DNA of 64,000 bases, from NCBI GenBank assembly GCA_963766175.1, contig CAVXZE010000001.1, forward strand, positions 148,136 through 212,135, in the 5' to 3' direction. The notes below the pieces were generated by a model. That model had not been told where the DNA came from. It made no database searches and saw nothing but the letters and a program-made list of their open reading frames with translations. A program made the position numbers and the translations under genes. The DNA is from an uncultured delta proteobacterium (GTDB taxonomy: Bacteria > Myxococcota_A > UBA9160 > UBA6930). Shown here in pieces: positions 18,093 through 26,634 of this stretch (positions are counted from its first letter, which is position 1; each line of letters opens with the position of its first letter).

Positions 18093-19145
18093 ATGATCGC
18101 CACGTGCCCCAGATGCTCTGTGCGATATCGGATCGCGAGGGAGAAATTGAAGCCCGAGGGGGTCCGAATGCGGTGCGGGCGTTGCGAAGCGGTGTTCCGC
18201 GTTCGCCCTCCTGCCGAGGCCCCCGCGCCCGCCGCAAGCATGATCCCGCCGCAGCCGCAAGAGAAGGCTCTGCCGACCGAGGACGTCGGCGGGCAGGTGC
18301 CCGAACGACCCGACACCGCACCGGAGCCGCAGCGAGAGGCGGTGGACCGGGAGCGGCTGGTGCTGGTGGCGATGCCGGACGTCGAGCTCGCCAAGCAGAC
18401 CGCCTCGGCTCTGGGGGAGCGCGGACTCCACGCCAGTCTCGTCCACGACGGCGTCGAGGCGATGCTGGAAATCCAACGTCAACTCCCCCGGGTCGTGATT
18501 CTCTCGGCCTCGCTGCCGAAGATGTACGGATTCCAGATTTGCGAGGTGTTGAAACGCAACCAGAGCCTGCGCTCGATTGCAGTGGTTCTCTCCGGCTCGA
18601 TCTACCACACCGATCGTTACCGCAGGGAGCCGAACGAGCTCTATGGAGCCGACGCCTACCTCGAGGATCCCGACCTGCCCGACGGTCTGATTCCGATCCT
18701 CGAGAAGCTCGGTGTCCCCATGGCGCCAGCAGTGGCGCCACCCCCGGAACCGGCTTTGCCGCCGCCACCGGAGTCTGCTCCGGTGCCCGCGGCGTTGCCG
18801 GAGCCAGTGCCTCCACAGGCACCCGCTCCGGTGGCTCCGCCCCGGACCGCGCCCGTTGCCGCGCCTGTGCCCGACGCGGCGGCGGCGCCGGAAGACGATG
18901 GTCTCGCGGCGGAGAGAGCAAAGGCCGAGCGGCTTGCTCGGATCATCGTGTCGGACATCATCCTCTACAACGAGGACAAGTTCGCCGAAGCGCTACAGCG
19001 GGACAGCGTGGTGGAGATGATGAGCCCCGATCTGGAGGAGGGGAGGGACCTCTTCCGCAGCCGGATCGACGAACGGGTGCGCCAGGAACAGGACCACTTG
19101 GTCGAGGAATTGCGGCGCGTGGCCTGTCTGCGCAGTACGGACTGA
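18093..19145 (+). CDS. MJ0042-type zinc-ribbon / pseudo-receiver / Pro-rich protein
   Basis: N-terminal CPRC..CGRC, REC-like core lacking the phospho-Asp (PRVVILSASLPKMYG), Pro/Ala-rich linker, C-terminal AERLARIIVSDIILYN domain. Confidence 0.75.
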   Translation: MIATCPRCSVRYRIAREKLKPEGVRMRCGRCEAVFRVRPPAEAPAPAASMIPPQPQEKALPTEDVGGQVPERPDTAPEPQREAVDRERLVLVAMPDVELAKQTASALGERGLHASLVHDGVEAMLEIQRQLPRVVILSASLPKMYGFQICEVLKRNQSLRSIAVVLSGSIYHTDRYRREPNELYGADAYLEDPDLPDGLIPILEKLGVPMAPAVAPPPEPALPPPPESAPVPAALPEPVPPQAPAPVAPPRTAPVAAPVPDAAAAPEDDGLAAERAKAERLARIIVSDIILYNEDKFAEALQRDSVVEMMSPDLEEGRDLFRSRIDERVRQEQDHLVEELRRVACLRSTD

Positions 19146-19153
19146 GGATCTCG

Positions 19154-21259
19154 ATGGACAGCCGAGATCGCCAGAACATCGTCGAGGACCTGAAGAGCAC
19201 GGAGGAGGAGCTCCGGCGGCTGGCCGTGGAGCGTCTCACCCTGCTCCCCTCGGCGGAGGCGGTTCCGCTGCTCGTGGACCGGCTGGGTGATTCGAGCTGG
19301 AGAGTGCGCAAGGCCGCGATCGACCGGCTGGCCGATTCGGCGCAGTTCTCCTGGGCGATTCGCCTCCTCGTGGCCGCCCTGGGCGACGGTGACAACACCA
19401 ACCGCCGCAACGCCGCGCTCGAGGCACTGATGCGTTTCGGTGGCGAGGCCGTTCCCACTCTGATCGAGGCCTCTCACGACCCGGATGTGGATGTCCGCAA
19501 ACAGGTCGTCGACGCGCTCGGGGGGATTGGCGACCAGAGCGCTGCCGGTCGCCTGGCGGAGATGCTCGGCGACCCGGACCCGAACGTCCGCGGCGCGGCT
19601 GCGGACGCTCTGGGGGCGATCGGGAGTCCGTCTTCGGCAGCTTCGCTATTGGCCACGGCGAACCAGGACGAGGAAGGCCTGGTTCGTCTCTCCGCCCTCT
19701 ATGCGCTGGTTCGCATGGAGGTTCCCGTGGCGGCGGTCGACCTGGCCGATCCCCTGGGAGCGTCGATGCTGCGCCCGGCTGCCTACGCGCTGCTCGGTCA
19801 CAGCGAGGATCCCGATGCCGTCGAGTCGCTGCTCAAGGGAGTGATCGACGGATCCTCGAGATGCAGGGAAGCCTCCTTCGAGGCCCTCCTGCGCTGGGTC
19901 GGCCGATCCGACCCGGCGGAGGCGGACCAGCTGGCCGGCCGGATTCGCGAGGCGGTCGCGTCCGCTCCGGAGATCCTTGCCGATGCTCTGGCGCGTCTCT
20001 CCTCCTCGGGCCTGCAGACGCGGCTCACGCTGGTCCAGTTCCTCGGTCTGCTGAGACGGCCGGACACCGTGATCCCCATCCTCCAGGCCGGCGACGACGA
20101 AGCGCTCGCCGAGGTGGTGCTCTCGACCCTGGAGAGCTTCGGCAGCGTCGTCGAGGGGATCCTGGACGAGGCGTGGGAATCCTTCGATGCGGATGCCCGC
20201 CGCCTCTCCTGTGATCTCCTGGGTCGGGTCGGAGGTGAAGCGGCGCAGACCCGTCTGATCACCACCCTCCTGGATCCGGATGCCGAGCTGCGGATCGCCG
20301 CAGTGCGCGCGCTCGGGCGCCGAGGTCGCGCGTCCGCGCTCCCGACGCTGGTGCGGCGCCTCGAGGCCGCCATCACCGAGGAAGAGGATGAGGGCGAGGA
20401 GGGGGAGGTCGATGCCGTCACCGAAGCCATCGTCGCGATCGCCGGGGTGCGCAGCGCCGCACAATCCGAAATCATCGACCAGACCATCGAATTGCTGACC
20501 TCTCGATACGAGGGTGCCGACGAACGATTTCGTCTGGCGGTCGCGCGGACCATGGGACGCATCGGGCGACCCGAAGACGTCGCCACGGTTGGCTTCATGA
20601 TGTCGGATCCGAGCGCCTCCGTGCGACGGGCCGCGGTCGCGGCTCTCGCCCACCTGATCCGCGGTGAGGTTCCGGAGCCGCTGCGGATGGCTCTCGCCGA
20701 CGAGGATCCGCTGGTTCGCATCGCGGCGGCGTCGGCGCTGGGCGCCTCCGACGATCTCCAATTCCTCGAAGATCTCGCCAGTCTCGCCGGTGACGAGGAC
20801 ACTCACGTGCGCGCCGCGGCGATGCGTGCGCTGGGTAGAGGCGCCGCTGCGGCGCGGAAGCGGGATCCGGACTCGGAAGCGGTATCGAGGGCCCTGATCG
20901 TCCTGGCTGCGGCGCTGGACGGCAAGGGCGCGGTTACGATGGCTGCCCTCGAGGCGCTGGCGGAACTGGGTGGCCCGCAAGCCGCGGAGCTCGCCACCTG
21001 GATGCTGAGAGCGGAAGACCCGGAGATGGTCAAGGTCGCCGTCGTCTGCATCCGCGCCCATGGCACTGCCGAATCCTTGCGGGAGCTCCTTCCGCTGATC
21101 TCCCACGAGCACTGGCTGGTTCGCGCCGAGGCCATCCAGACTCTCGCGGATCGCGGGTCGGAGCGGGCGGTCCCCGCCATCCTGCGCCGGCTCGAGAAGG
21201 AGCAGGACGACTTCGTGCGGAACACGATTCTTCGTGCGCTCGAGCGGCTGGAGACCTAG
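19154..21259 (+). CDS. HEAT-repeat (PBS-lyase-like) protein
   Basis: Repeated L.D.D..VR.AA..ALG units along ~700 aa. Start set at ATG 19154 after GAGG. Confidence 0.85.
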   Translation: MDSRDRQNIVEDLKSTEEELRRLAVERLTLLPSAEAVPLLVDRLGDSSWRVRKAAIDRLADSAQFSWAIRLLVAALGDGDNTNRRNAALEALMRFGGEAVPTLIEASHDPDVDVRKQVVDALGGIGDQSAAGRLAEMLGDPDPNVRGAAADALGAIGSPSSAASLLATANQDEEGLVRLSALYALVRMEVPVAAVDLADPLGASMLRPAAYALLGHSEDPDAVESLLKGVIDGSSRCREASFEALLRWVGRSDPAEADQLAGRIREAVASAPEILADALARLSSSGLQTRLTLVQFLGLLRRPDTVIPILQAGDDEALAEVVLSTLESFGSVVEGILDEAWESFDADARRLSCDLLGRVGGEAAQTRLITTLLDPDAELRIAAVRALGRRGRASALPTLVRRLEAAITEEEDEGEEGEVDAVTEAIVAIAGVRSAAQSEIIDQTIELLTSRYEGADERFRLAVARTMGRIGRPEDVATVGFMMSDPSASVRRAAVAALAHLIRGEVPEPLRMALADEDPLVRIAAASALGASDDLQFLEDLASLAGDEDTHVRAAAMRALGRGAAAARKRDPDSEAVSRALIVLAAALDGKGAVTMAALEALAELGGPQAAELATWMLRAEDPEMVKVAVVCIRAHGTAESLRELLPLISHEHWLVRAEAIQTLADRGSERAVPAILRRLEKEQDDFVRNTILRALERLET

Positions 21260-21266
21260 GAAGCGA

Positions 21267-22205
21267 ATGAGCCACGGCGACGACATTCGCGATCTCGTCC
21301 TGACCGACGCGGAGTTTCGCATGTTCTGCGATCTGTTTCGCGAATACTGCGGACTCCACTTCGGAGAGGATTCGAGATATCTGCTCGAGAAGCGTCTGGC
21401 GCGCCGGATCTGCGAAATCGACGCGGGGTCCTTCTCCGCCTACCACTACATGTTGCGTCGGGATGCCTCCGGGGATCAGGAGCTCGCCCAGATCATCGAT
21501 GAGCTCACGACCAACGAGACCTACTTCTTCCGGGAGCGCAACCAGCTGCGGGCGCTGTTCGAGGAGATCCTGCCCGAGCTTCGCATGCGTCGTGAAGCCG
21601 AAGGGGGATCGGCCCTGAGCATCTGGAGCGCTGGCTGCTCCAGCGGTGAGGAGCCCTACTCGGTCGTGATGCTCGCTCTGGAGGCCGGCATCGAGATGGG
21701 GCGCGACCTCAAGGTGTACGCATCGGACATTTCGAGGAGGATGCTCAAGAAGGCCCGCCGCGGCGCCTATCGACCCGCTTCCTTCCGGGAGACGGAGCCT
21801 CACCTCCAGGAGAAATACTTCGTCGAGAAGGACGGCCTCTGGCGGATCTCGGAAGAGATCAAGCGACACGTGGTCTTCACCCATCTGAATCTGTTCGACC
21901 GGGGGCGCATCTCCCTGCTCGGGACGATGGACGTGATAATGTGCCGCAACGTCATCATCTACTTCAATCTCGAGACCAAGCAGGAGGTGATTCGGACATT
22001 CACCGAGAAGCTCCGGGCGGGTGGCTATCTCCTTCTCGGGCACTCGGAGTCACTCATCAACGTCTCGAACGCCTTCGAGCTCGAACACCTGCGGAACGAC
22101 CTGGTCTACCGGCGCCCGATCCCCGGCGAAACGCGCTGGGATTCCTGGGACCTCGCCGCCAGGGCAGCGATCCGGACGAGTGATGGCGAGGGCCAGCTCG
22201 AATGA
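21267..22205 (+). CDS. cheR: Chemotaxis methyltransferase
   Basis: TTNETYFFRE, IWSAGCSSGEEPYS, ASDIS, CRNVIIYF, LGHSES. Confidence 0.95.
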   Translation: MSHGDDIRDLVLTDAEFRMFCDLFREYCGLHFGEDSRYLLEKRLARRICEIDAGSFSAYHYMLRRDASGDQELAQIIDELTTNETYFFRERNQLRALFEEILPELRMRREAEGGSALSIWSAGCSSGEEPYSVVMLALEAGIEMGRDLKVYASDISRRMLKKARRGAYRPASFRETEPHLQEKYFVEKDGLWRISEEIKRHVVFTHLNLFDRGRISLLGTMDVIMCRNVIIYFNLETKQEVIRTFTEKLRAGGYLLLGHSESLINVSNAFELEHLRNDLVYRRPIPGETRWDSWDLAARAAIRTSDGEGQLE

Positions 22206-23284
22206 GTGCGCAGGACCCGATTCGCGTCCTGGTGATCGACGATTCGGCATTCAGCCGCCGGACGATCGTTCGAATGCTCGAGAAATCGCCTCTGATCGAG
22301 GTGGTGGGCTGGGCTCGCGACGGTGAGGAGGCCCTGCAAAAAGCCCTCGAGCTCCCTCTGGACCTGATCACCCTGGATCTCGCGATGCCTCGCATGGACG
22401 GCTTCACCTTCCTGCGAATCCTCATGTCCAAGAAGCCAACGCCCGTGATGGTGATCAGCGGGCGTGGCGGCGATCAGGACGTGTTCAAGGCGCTGGATCT
22501 GGGTGCCGTGGATTTCGTCGCCAAACCCACACCGCGGGCCACGCCGGAGCTGGCGACGATCGAGCAGGAGCTGATCCGGAAGGTCCACGCGATTCGGCAG
22601 CTGCGCATCGACAAGCTGCGCCATCAGATCTCCCGCGTGCCGTCCCTGGTGCGGCAATCTGCCGGCGCGAAGCTGGCTTCACGGGTCGTAGCGATCGGTG
22701 CGTCGACTGGAGGCCCCTCGGCGCTGATGCAGCTCTTCGGCGCTTTCGCCGAGGCGCCGCCCTGCGCATTCTTCGTCTCGCAGCACATGCCCGGCGGGTT
22801 CACGCGGGGCTTCGCCGAGCGCCTGAATCGGCTGACCAACCTGGGAGCCCGGGAAGCCCGCGATGGAGACGAGCCGGAGGCCGGAACGATTCTTCTGGCG
22901 CCGGGCGAGAACCACCTGGAGTTTGCGGCGAAGGGGGATCGGGTCGGCACCCGCCTGGTGCCGCGGACCCAAAGCGACAAGTACGCGCCCTCCGTGGATC
23001 GGATGTTCGAGTCGGCGGCGAAGCACTTCGGCTCCGATCTGCTGGCCGTGGTGCTGACCGGAATGGGGGACGACGGCCGCAGGGGTGTGCAAACGGTGAA
23101 GGACCACGGTGGCTGCGTGATCGCGGAATCGGAGGAGACCGCGGTGATCTTTGGCATGCCCCAGCGTGCGATTCGCACCGGCTTCGTGGATGTAGTTCTT
23201 CCGCTCTCCGAGATCGCTACGGCCATCCAGTCGGGGATCGGGGTCAATGAATCGAAGACGATTCACCGAAAGGGTTCGCCATGA
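22202..23284 (+). CDS. cheB: Chemotaxis methylesterase (REC + esterase)
   Basis: REC domain with TLD, catalytic GASTGG / QHMP / LTGMGDDG. Confidence 0.95.
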   Translation: MSAQDPIRVLVIDDSAFSRRTIVRMLEKSPLIEVVGWARDGEEALQKALELPLDLITLDLAMPRMDGFTFLRILMSKKPTPVMVISGRGGDQDVFKALDLGAVDFVAKPTPRATPELATIEQELIRKVHAIRQLRIDKLRHQISRVPSLVRQSAGAKLASRVVAIGASTGGPSALMQLFGAFAEAPPCAFFVSQHMPGGFTRGFAERLNRLTNLGAREARDGDEPEAGTILLAPGENHLEFAAKGDRVGTRLVPRTQSDKYAPSVDRMFESAAKHFGSDLLAVVLTGMGDDGRRGVQTVKDHGGCVIAESEETAVIFGMPQRAIRTGFVDVVLPLSEIATAIQSGIGVNESKTIHRKGSP

Positions 23285-24099
23285 GCAAAGAGAAGAAGGA
23301 GGCCTTCGGGCGAGCCGAGGAGTTCGTCGCGCTCTTCAGCCGCGGAGCTGAGTTCACGAAGCAGCTCCTCCAGGAGAACGAGCGGCTTCGCGGGAGGCTG
23401 GGCAACCTCGAGGATCGCCAGAACTACGCTGCCCAGGACAATCAGGAATGGGACAAGCTCCGCGAGGAGCTCCTGGCGCGGATCACGGGGCTCGAGAGCG
23501 AGAAGCAGGACGTGCTGGATCGCCTCCGAGCCGTCGAAGAGGAGAATCGGCAGTTCGCGGGTCGCTATCTGGAGATCGAGGAAGAGAACAACAACCTCGC
23601 CAATCTCTATGTCGCAAGCTTCCAGCTCCACTCGACTCTCGATCTCTCCGAGGTGCTGAAGACCATCATCGAGATCGTGATCAACCTGATCGGCGGAGAG
23701 GTTTTCGCGGTCTACGTTCTCGACGAGAAGACCAGCCAGCTTTCTCCTGTCGCCTCCGAAGGAAAGGGGCTCTCGGCGTTCCCGATGGTCCCCCTGGGCT
23801 CGGGTGTCGTGGGTGAATCCGTCGAGAGCGGCGAGACCACCTGCGGGGACGCACTCCCTTCCGACGATCTGGAGAGCCCGATCGTCTGCATTCCGCTCCG
23901 AATCGAGGAACGGCCGATCGGGGCGATCGCGATCTACAGGCTGCTGGTTCAGAAGGACGCCTTCGCCCCTCTGGACCACGAACTCTTTACCCTGCTGGCG
24001 GGCCACGCCGCGACGTCGATCTTCGCCGCGCAGCTCTACGCACAGTCAGAGCGAAAGCTCAATACGATCCAGGGGTTCATCGACCTCTTGACCAAGTAG
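23281..24099 (+). CDS. Coiled-coil + GAF domain protein, no output domain
   Basis: Heptad-rich N-terminal half, then LHSTLDLSEVL..IPLRIEERPIGAIAI..LLAGHAA GAF pattern. Confidence 0.75.
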   Translation: MSKEKKEAFGRAEEFVALFSRGAEFTKQLLQENERLRGRLGNLEDRQNYAAQDNQEWDKLREELLARITGLESEKQDVLDRLRAVEEENRQFAGRYLEIEEENNNLANLYVASFQLHSTLDLSEVLKTIIEIVINLIGGEVFAVYVLDEKTSQLSPVASEGKGLSAFPMVPLGSGVVGESVESGETTCGDALPSDDLESPIVCIPLRIEERPIGAIAIYRLLVQKDAFAPLDHELFTLLAGHAATSIFAAQLYAQSERKLNTIQGFIDLLTK

Positions 24100-24140
24100 C
24101 TCGTCGTCCATCGCCTCGCGGGCGGAGGAGGGAGTGAGAC

Positions 24141-24518
24141 ATGCACCGGTATCGTATTCTGATCGTCGAAGACAGCCCGACCATGCGTCAGCTGCTCGTG
24201 TTTGCACTCAAGCGGATCAAGGGCGCCGAGCTGGTGGAGGCCCGGGACGGAATGGACGGTCTGCGGAAGGTCACCAGCGATCACTTCGATCTCGCCCTGG
24301 TCGACATCAATATGCCGGTGATGGATGGTCTCAAACTCATCAGCCTGATCCGCGGGGAGGAGAATCTCAAGCAGATGCCGATCGTGGTGATCACCACCGA
24401 AGGGGCCAACGAGGATCGCGAGCGAGCTCTCTCACTCGGAGCGGATGAGTACCTGACCAAGCCGATCCAGGCGAACCGAGTGCTCTCCGTCGCGAAGAGC
24501 ATGCTGAAGATCGCGTAG
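24141..24518 (+). CDS. cheY: Second CheY-like single-domain response regulator
   Basis: ILIVEDS, LVDINMP, ITT, LTKP. Confidence 0.85.
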   Translation: MHRYRILIVEDSPTMRQLLVFALKRIKGAELVEARDGMDGLRKVTSDHFDLALVDINMPVMDGLKLISLIRGEENLKQMPIVVITTEGANEDRERALSLGADEYLTKPIQANRVLSVAKSMLKIA

Positions 24519-24615
24519 CAGGAGCCCCATTTCCCGGCCAGGAGCCGTTCCTTCTCCGAGCTCCGATTCTTGTGGGGCCGCGGTATTCCGGCGAGCTCTG
24601 TGGTATATCCCTGCC

Positions 24616-25137
24616 GTGGTGAGGTGGGTGCTCGTCTGGATCCTGGCCCCGGTGCTCGCAGCCAGTGGCTGCGGCTACCAGATCGTGCGGTATCGGGACG
24701 CGCTGGGTGACGCGCGGCGAGTGGCGATCACCGGAATCGAGAACAACAGCTTCGAGCCGGGGCTCGATACGATCGTCTCCGATGCGATCAGCCGCGAGTT
24801 CCTGCGGCGAGGGGCCTTGGAGGTGGTCGGGGATACCGAGATCGCCGATCTCATCGTCACTGGGGCCGTCGAGCCCCTTCAGACCCGTAGCGAGGCCTTT
24901 TCGACCATCGAGTTCGTTCTCGAGTTCAGGGTCACCATGCGCCTCGACCTCAAGGTGCGGCGCCGTGACGGGACCCGGATTCGCATCAGCGGGCGGGCGC
25001 TTCGAGAGTCGGAGTTCTACCAGGCCAGCGCCGATGTGGAGGTCACCCGGAGCAATCGCAAGGAGGCGCTCGAGCGTCTCGCCGGGGTTCTGGCGGGTCG
25101 ATTCCACGACGCGCTCTACGAGCGAATCATTCCGTGA
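24616..25137 (+). CDS. lptE: LPS assembly lipoprotein LptE family
   Basis: Signal peptide with lipobox ending SG-C followed by GY, position upstream of holA. Confidence 0.75.
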   Translation: MVRWVLVWILAPVLAASGCGYQIVRYRDALGDARRVAITGIENNSFEPGLDTIVSDAISREFLRRGALEVVGDTEIADLIVTGAVEPLQTRSEAFSTIEFVLEFRVTMRLDLKVRRRDGTRIRISGRALRESEFYQASADVEVTRSNRKEALERLAGVLAGRFHDALYERIIP

Positions 25138-26111
25138 CGCCGGCCGAGCTCGAGCAGGAGCTCGCGTCCGGGAAGCTTCGTCCGGCCTATCTGCTGGCTG
25201 GCAGCGAAGCGCTGCTGCGTGACGAAGCGTCCCGGGCGATCACCGAGGCGGTTCTGGCCGACGGGCCCCGCGACTTCAATTTCGATCGCATCGATGGGGC
25301 CAGCTGTACCGAGGCTCAGCTGCTCGACGCGGTGCGTTCGCTTCCGGTCCTCGCCGAGCGCCGTCTCGTGGTGCTGCGAGAGCCCGAGGGAAAGGGTCGC
25401 GGGCCGAAGACGCTGGGGGAGGGAATTGCGGCCGCGGTGGAGGAGCTCCGGGAATCCTCGGCCACGGTCCTGGTGGTGACCTCGTCGAAGATCGACAAGC
25501 GGTCGAAGTGGGTGAAGGCATTCGAGAAGCCCGCCGCCCTGGTGGCGTGCGATCCGCCCAAGAGCCTGCGCGCGACCGTCGCCTTCGTGAAGGAGGAGGC
25601 GAAGCGCCGCCAGATTTCCCTGCAGCCCGGTGCAGCGGAGGCGCTGGCGGATGCCGTGGGACCCCAGCTCCTGATGCTCCGCCAGGAGCTCGAGAAGGCC
25701 GAACTGCATGCGGGCCCGGGACTGCCCGTGAGCCGCCACGACGTGATCGCGGTCGTCAGCGACGTGGCCGATGAGCCGATCTGGGACCTCACCGACGCGA
25801 TTGGTGAGGGTCGGACTCCGGATGCCCTGGTGATCCTGGGTCGCCTGCTCGACTCCGGCGCGGTCGCTCCGGTGCTGCTCGGATCGCTGGCCAGCCACTT
25901 TCGCAAGCTGGCGCGCCTGCGCTACGGAGCTTCGGTGGCGGGACACCCGTTCATGGTCAGAAAGCTCGAATCCCAGGCGCAGCGCTACACCCGGGGGCGA
26001 CTCGTCGCCTGTCTCCACGCGATCCACGGGGCCGACGAGGCGCTGAAGGGCCGAGGCTCGCTCCCCCCCGAGATCGCCCTGGAACGGCTGGTGATGGGTC
26101 TGTCGGTGTAG
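25134..26111 (+). CDS. holA: DNA polymerase III delta subunit
   Basis: PAYLLAG.E, DFN, SLPVLAERRLVV, QELEK, IWDLTDA, D..LKG motifs. lptE-holA-rpsT synteny. Confidence 0.88.
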   Translation: MTPAELEQELASGKLRPAYLLAGSEALLRDEASRAITEAVLADGPRDFNFDRIDGASCTEAQLLDAVRSLPVLAERRLVVLREPEGKGRGPKTLGEGIAAAVEELRESSATVLVVTSSKIDKRSKWVKAFEKPAALVACDPPKSLRATVAFVKEEAKRRQISLQPGAAEALADAVGPQLLMLRQELEKAELHAGPGLPVSRHDVIAVVSDVADEPIWDLTDAIGEGRTPDALVILGRLLDSGAVAPVLLGSLASHFRKLARLRYGASVAGHPFMVRKLESQAQRYTRGRLVACLHAIHGADEALKGRGSLPPEIALERLVMGLSV

Positions 26112-26121
26112 GCGGGGACGA

Positions 26122-26147
26122 GTGGGGACGTTGTTGGACGTCCCCGC
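26122..26147. terminator. GC-rich hairpin between convergent holA and rpsT
   Basis: GGGGACGT-N6-ACGTCCCC, with a second GCGGGGACG arm at 26112-26120. No U-tract. Confidence 0.45.
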
Positions 26148-26150
26148 AGC

Positions 26151-26417
26151 TTAGCTGCCAGCCCGATGGACGGCCTTGGCGAGGCGGGAGACGCTCCGGC
26201 TGGCGGTCGTCTTCTTGATGGCGCCTTTGCTGGCTGCCTTGCGCAGAGCGCGCTCCGCGCTCCGGAGCTTCTGCCGGGCGCCTTCGTTGTCTCCGCTCGC
26301 GATCGCGCCGCGCACGCTCTTGAGGAGTGTCCGCACCTGGCTCTTGTCCTGGCGGTTGCGGGCCCGGCGCTTGAGGGCCTGGCGTGCACGTTTTTCAGCA
26401 GATCGGTGGGTTGCCAT
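26151..26417 (-). CDS. rpsT: 30S ribosomal protein S20
   Basis: MATHRSAEKRARQ..RNR..KS.VRT..KAASKGAI..TASR..SRL. Confidence 0.95.
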   Translation of the reverse strand: MATHRSAEKRARQALKRRARNRQDKSQVRTLLKSVRGAIASGDNEGARQKLRSAERALRKAASKGAIKKTTASRSVSRLAKAVHRAGS

Positions 26418-26573
26418 CCGTGATGAACTCCGCTCCCCGGTGTTGAGCGACAGGTGAGGGCGCCGGCGCGCCCCTCACGAGCGCCGGAGAATAGGGGTCC
26501 CGGGCAGCTCGGTCGAGAGGTGCAGCCGAAAAGTCTACCACGGTATCGAGGGCGCCCTTGCTGTAAAGCGGGT

Positions 26574-26600
26574 TCAGCGCATCCTCCCTCCGACCGATAT
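26574..26600 (+). promoter_or_regulatory. Putative sigma-28-like promoter
   Basis: TCAG-N15-ACCGATAT upstream of the TPR gene. Confidence 0.45.
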
Positions 26601-26634
26601 GCCTAGCGAGATGCCTGTCTCCAAGGAGAAGTGC

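Noticed and set aside
18715-18895. Low-complexity GC repeats suggestive of a repeat array
   Set aside because: They encode a Pro/Ala-rich linker; no exact periodic repeat or spacer structure, so not CRISPR or VNTR.
18104-19153. Apparent 1051-aa protein with an Arg-rich N-terminus before the HEAT repeats
   Set aside because: The first 350 aa are an alternate frame of the zinc-ribbon gene; a good ATG exists at 19154.
24519-24615. Absence of leuS before lptE, and short CAGGAGCC direct repeats
   Set aside because: Simple synteny break; the 8-bp repeats are compatible with chance and no leuS remnant is visible.
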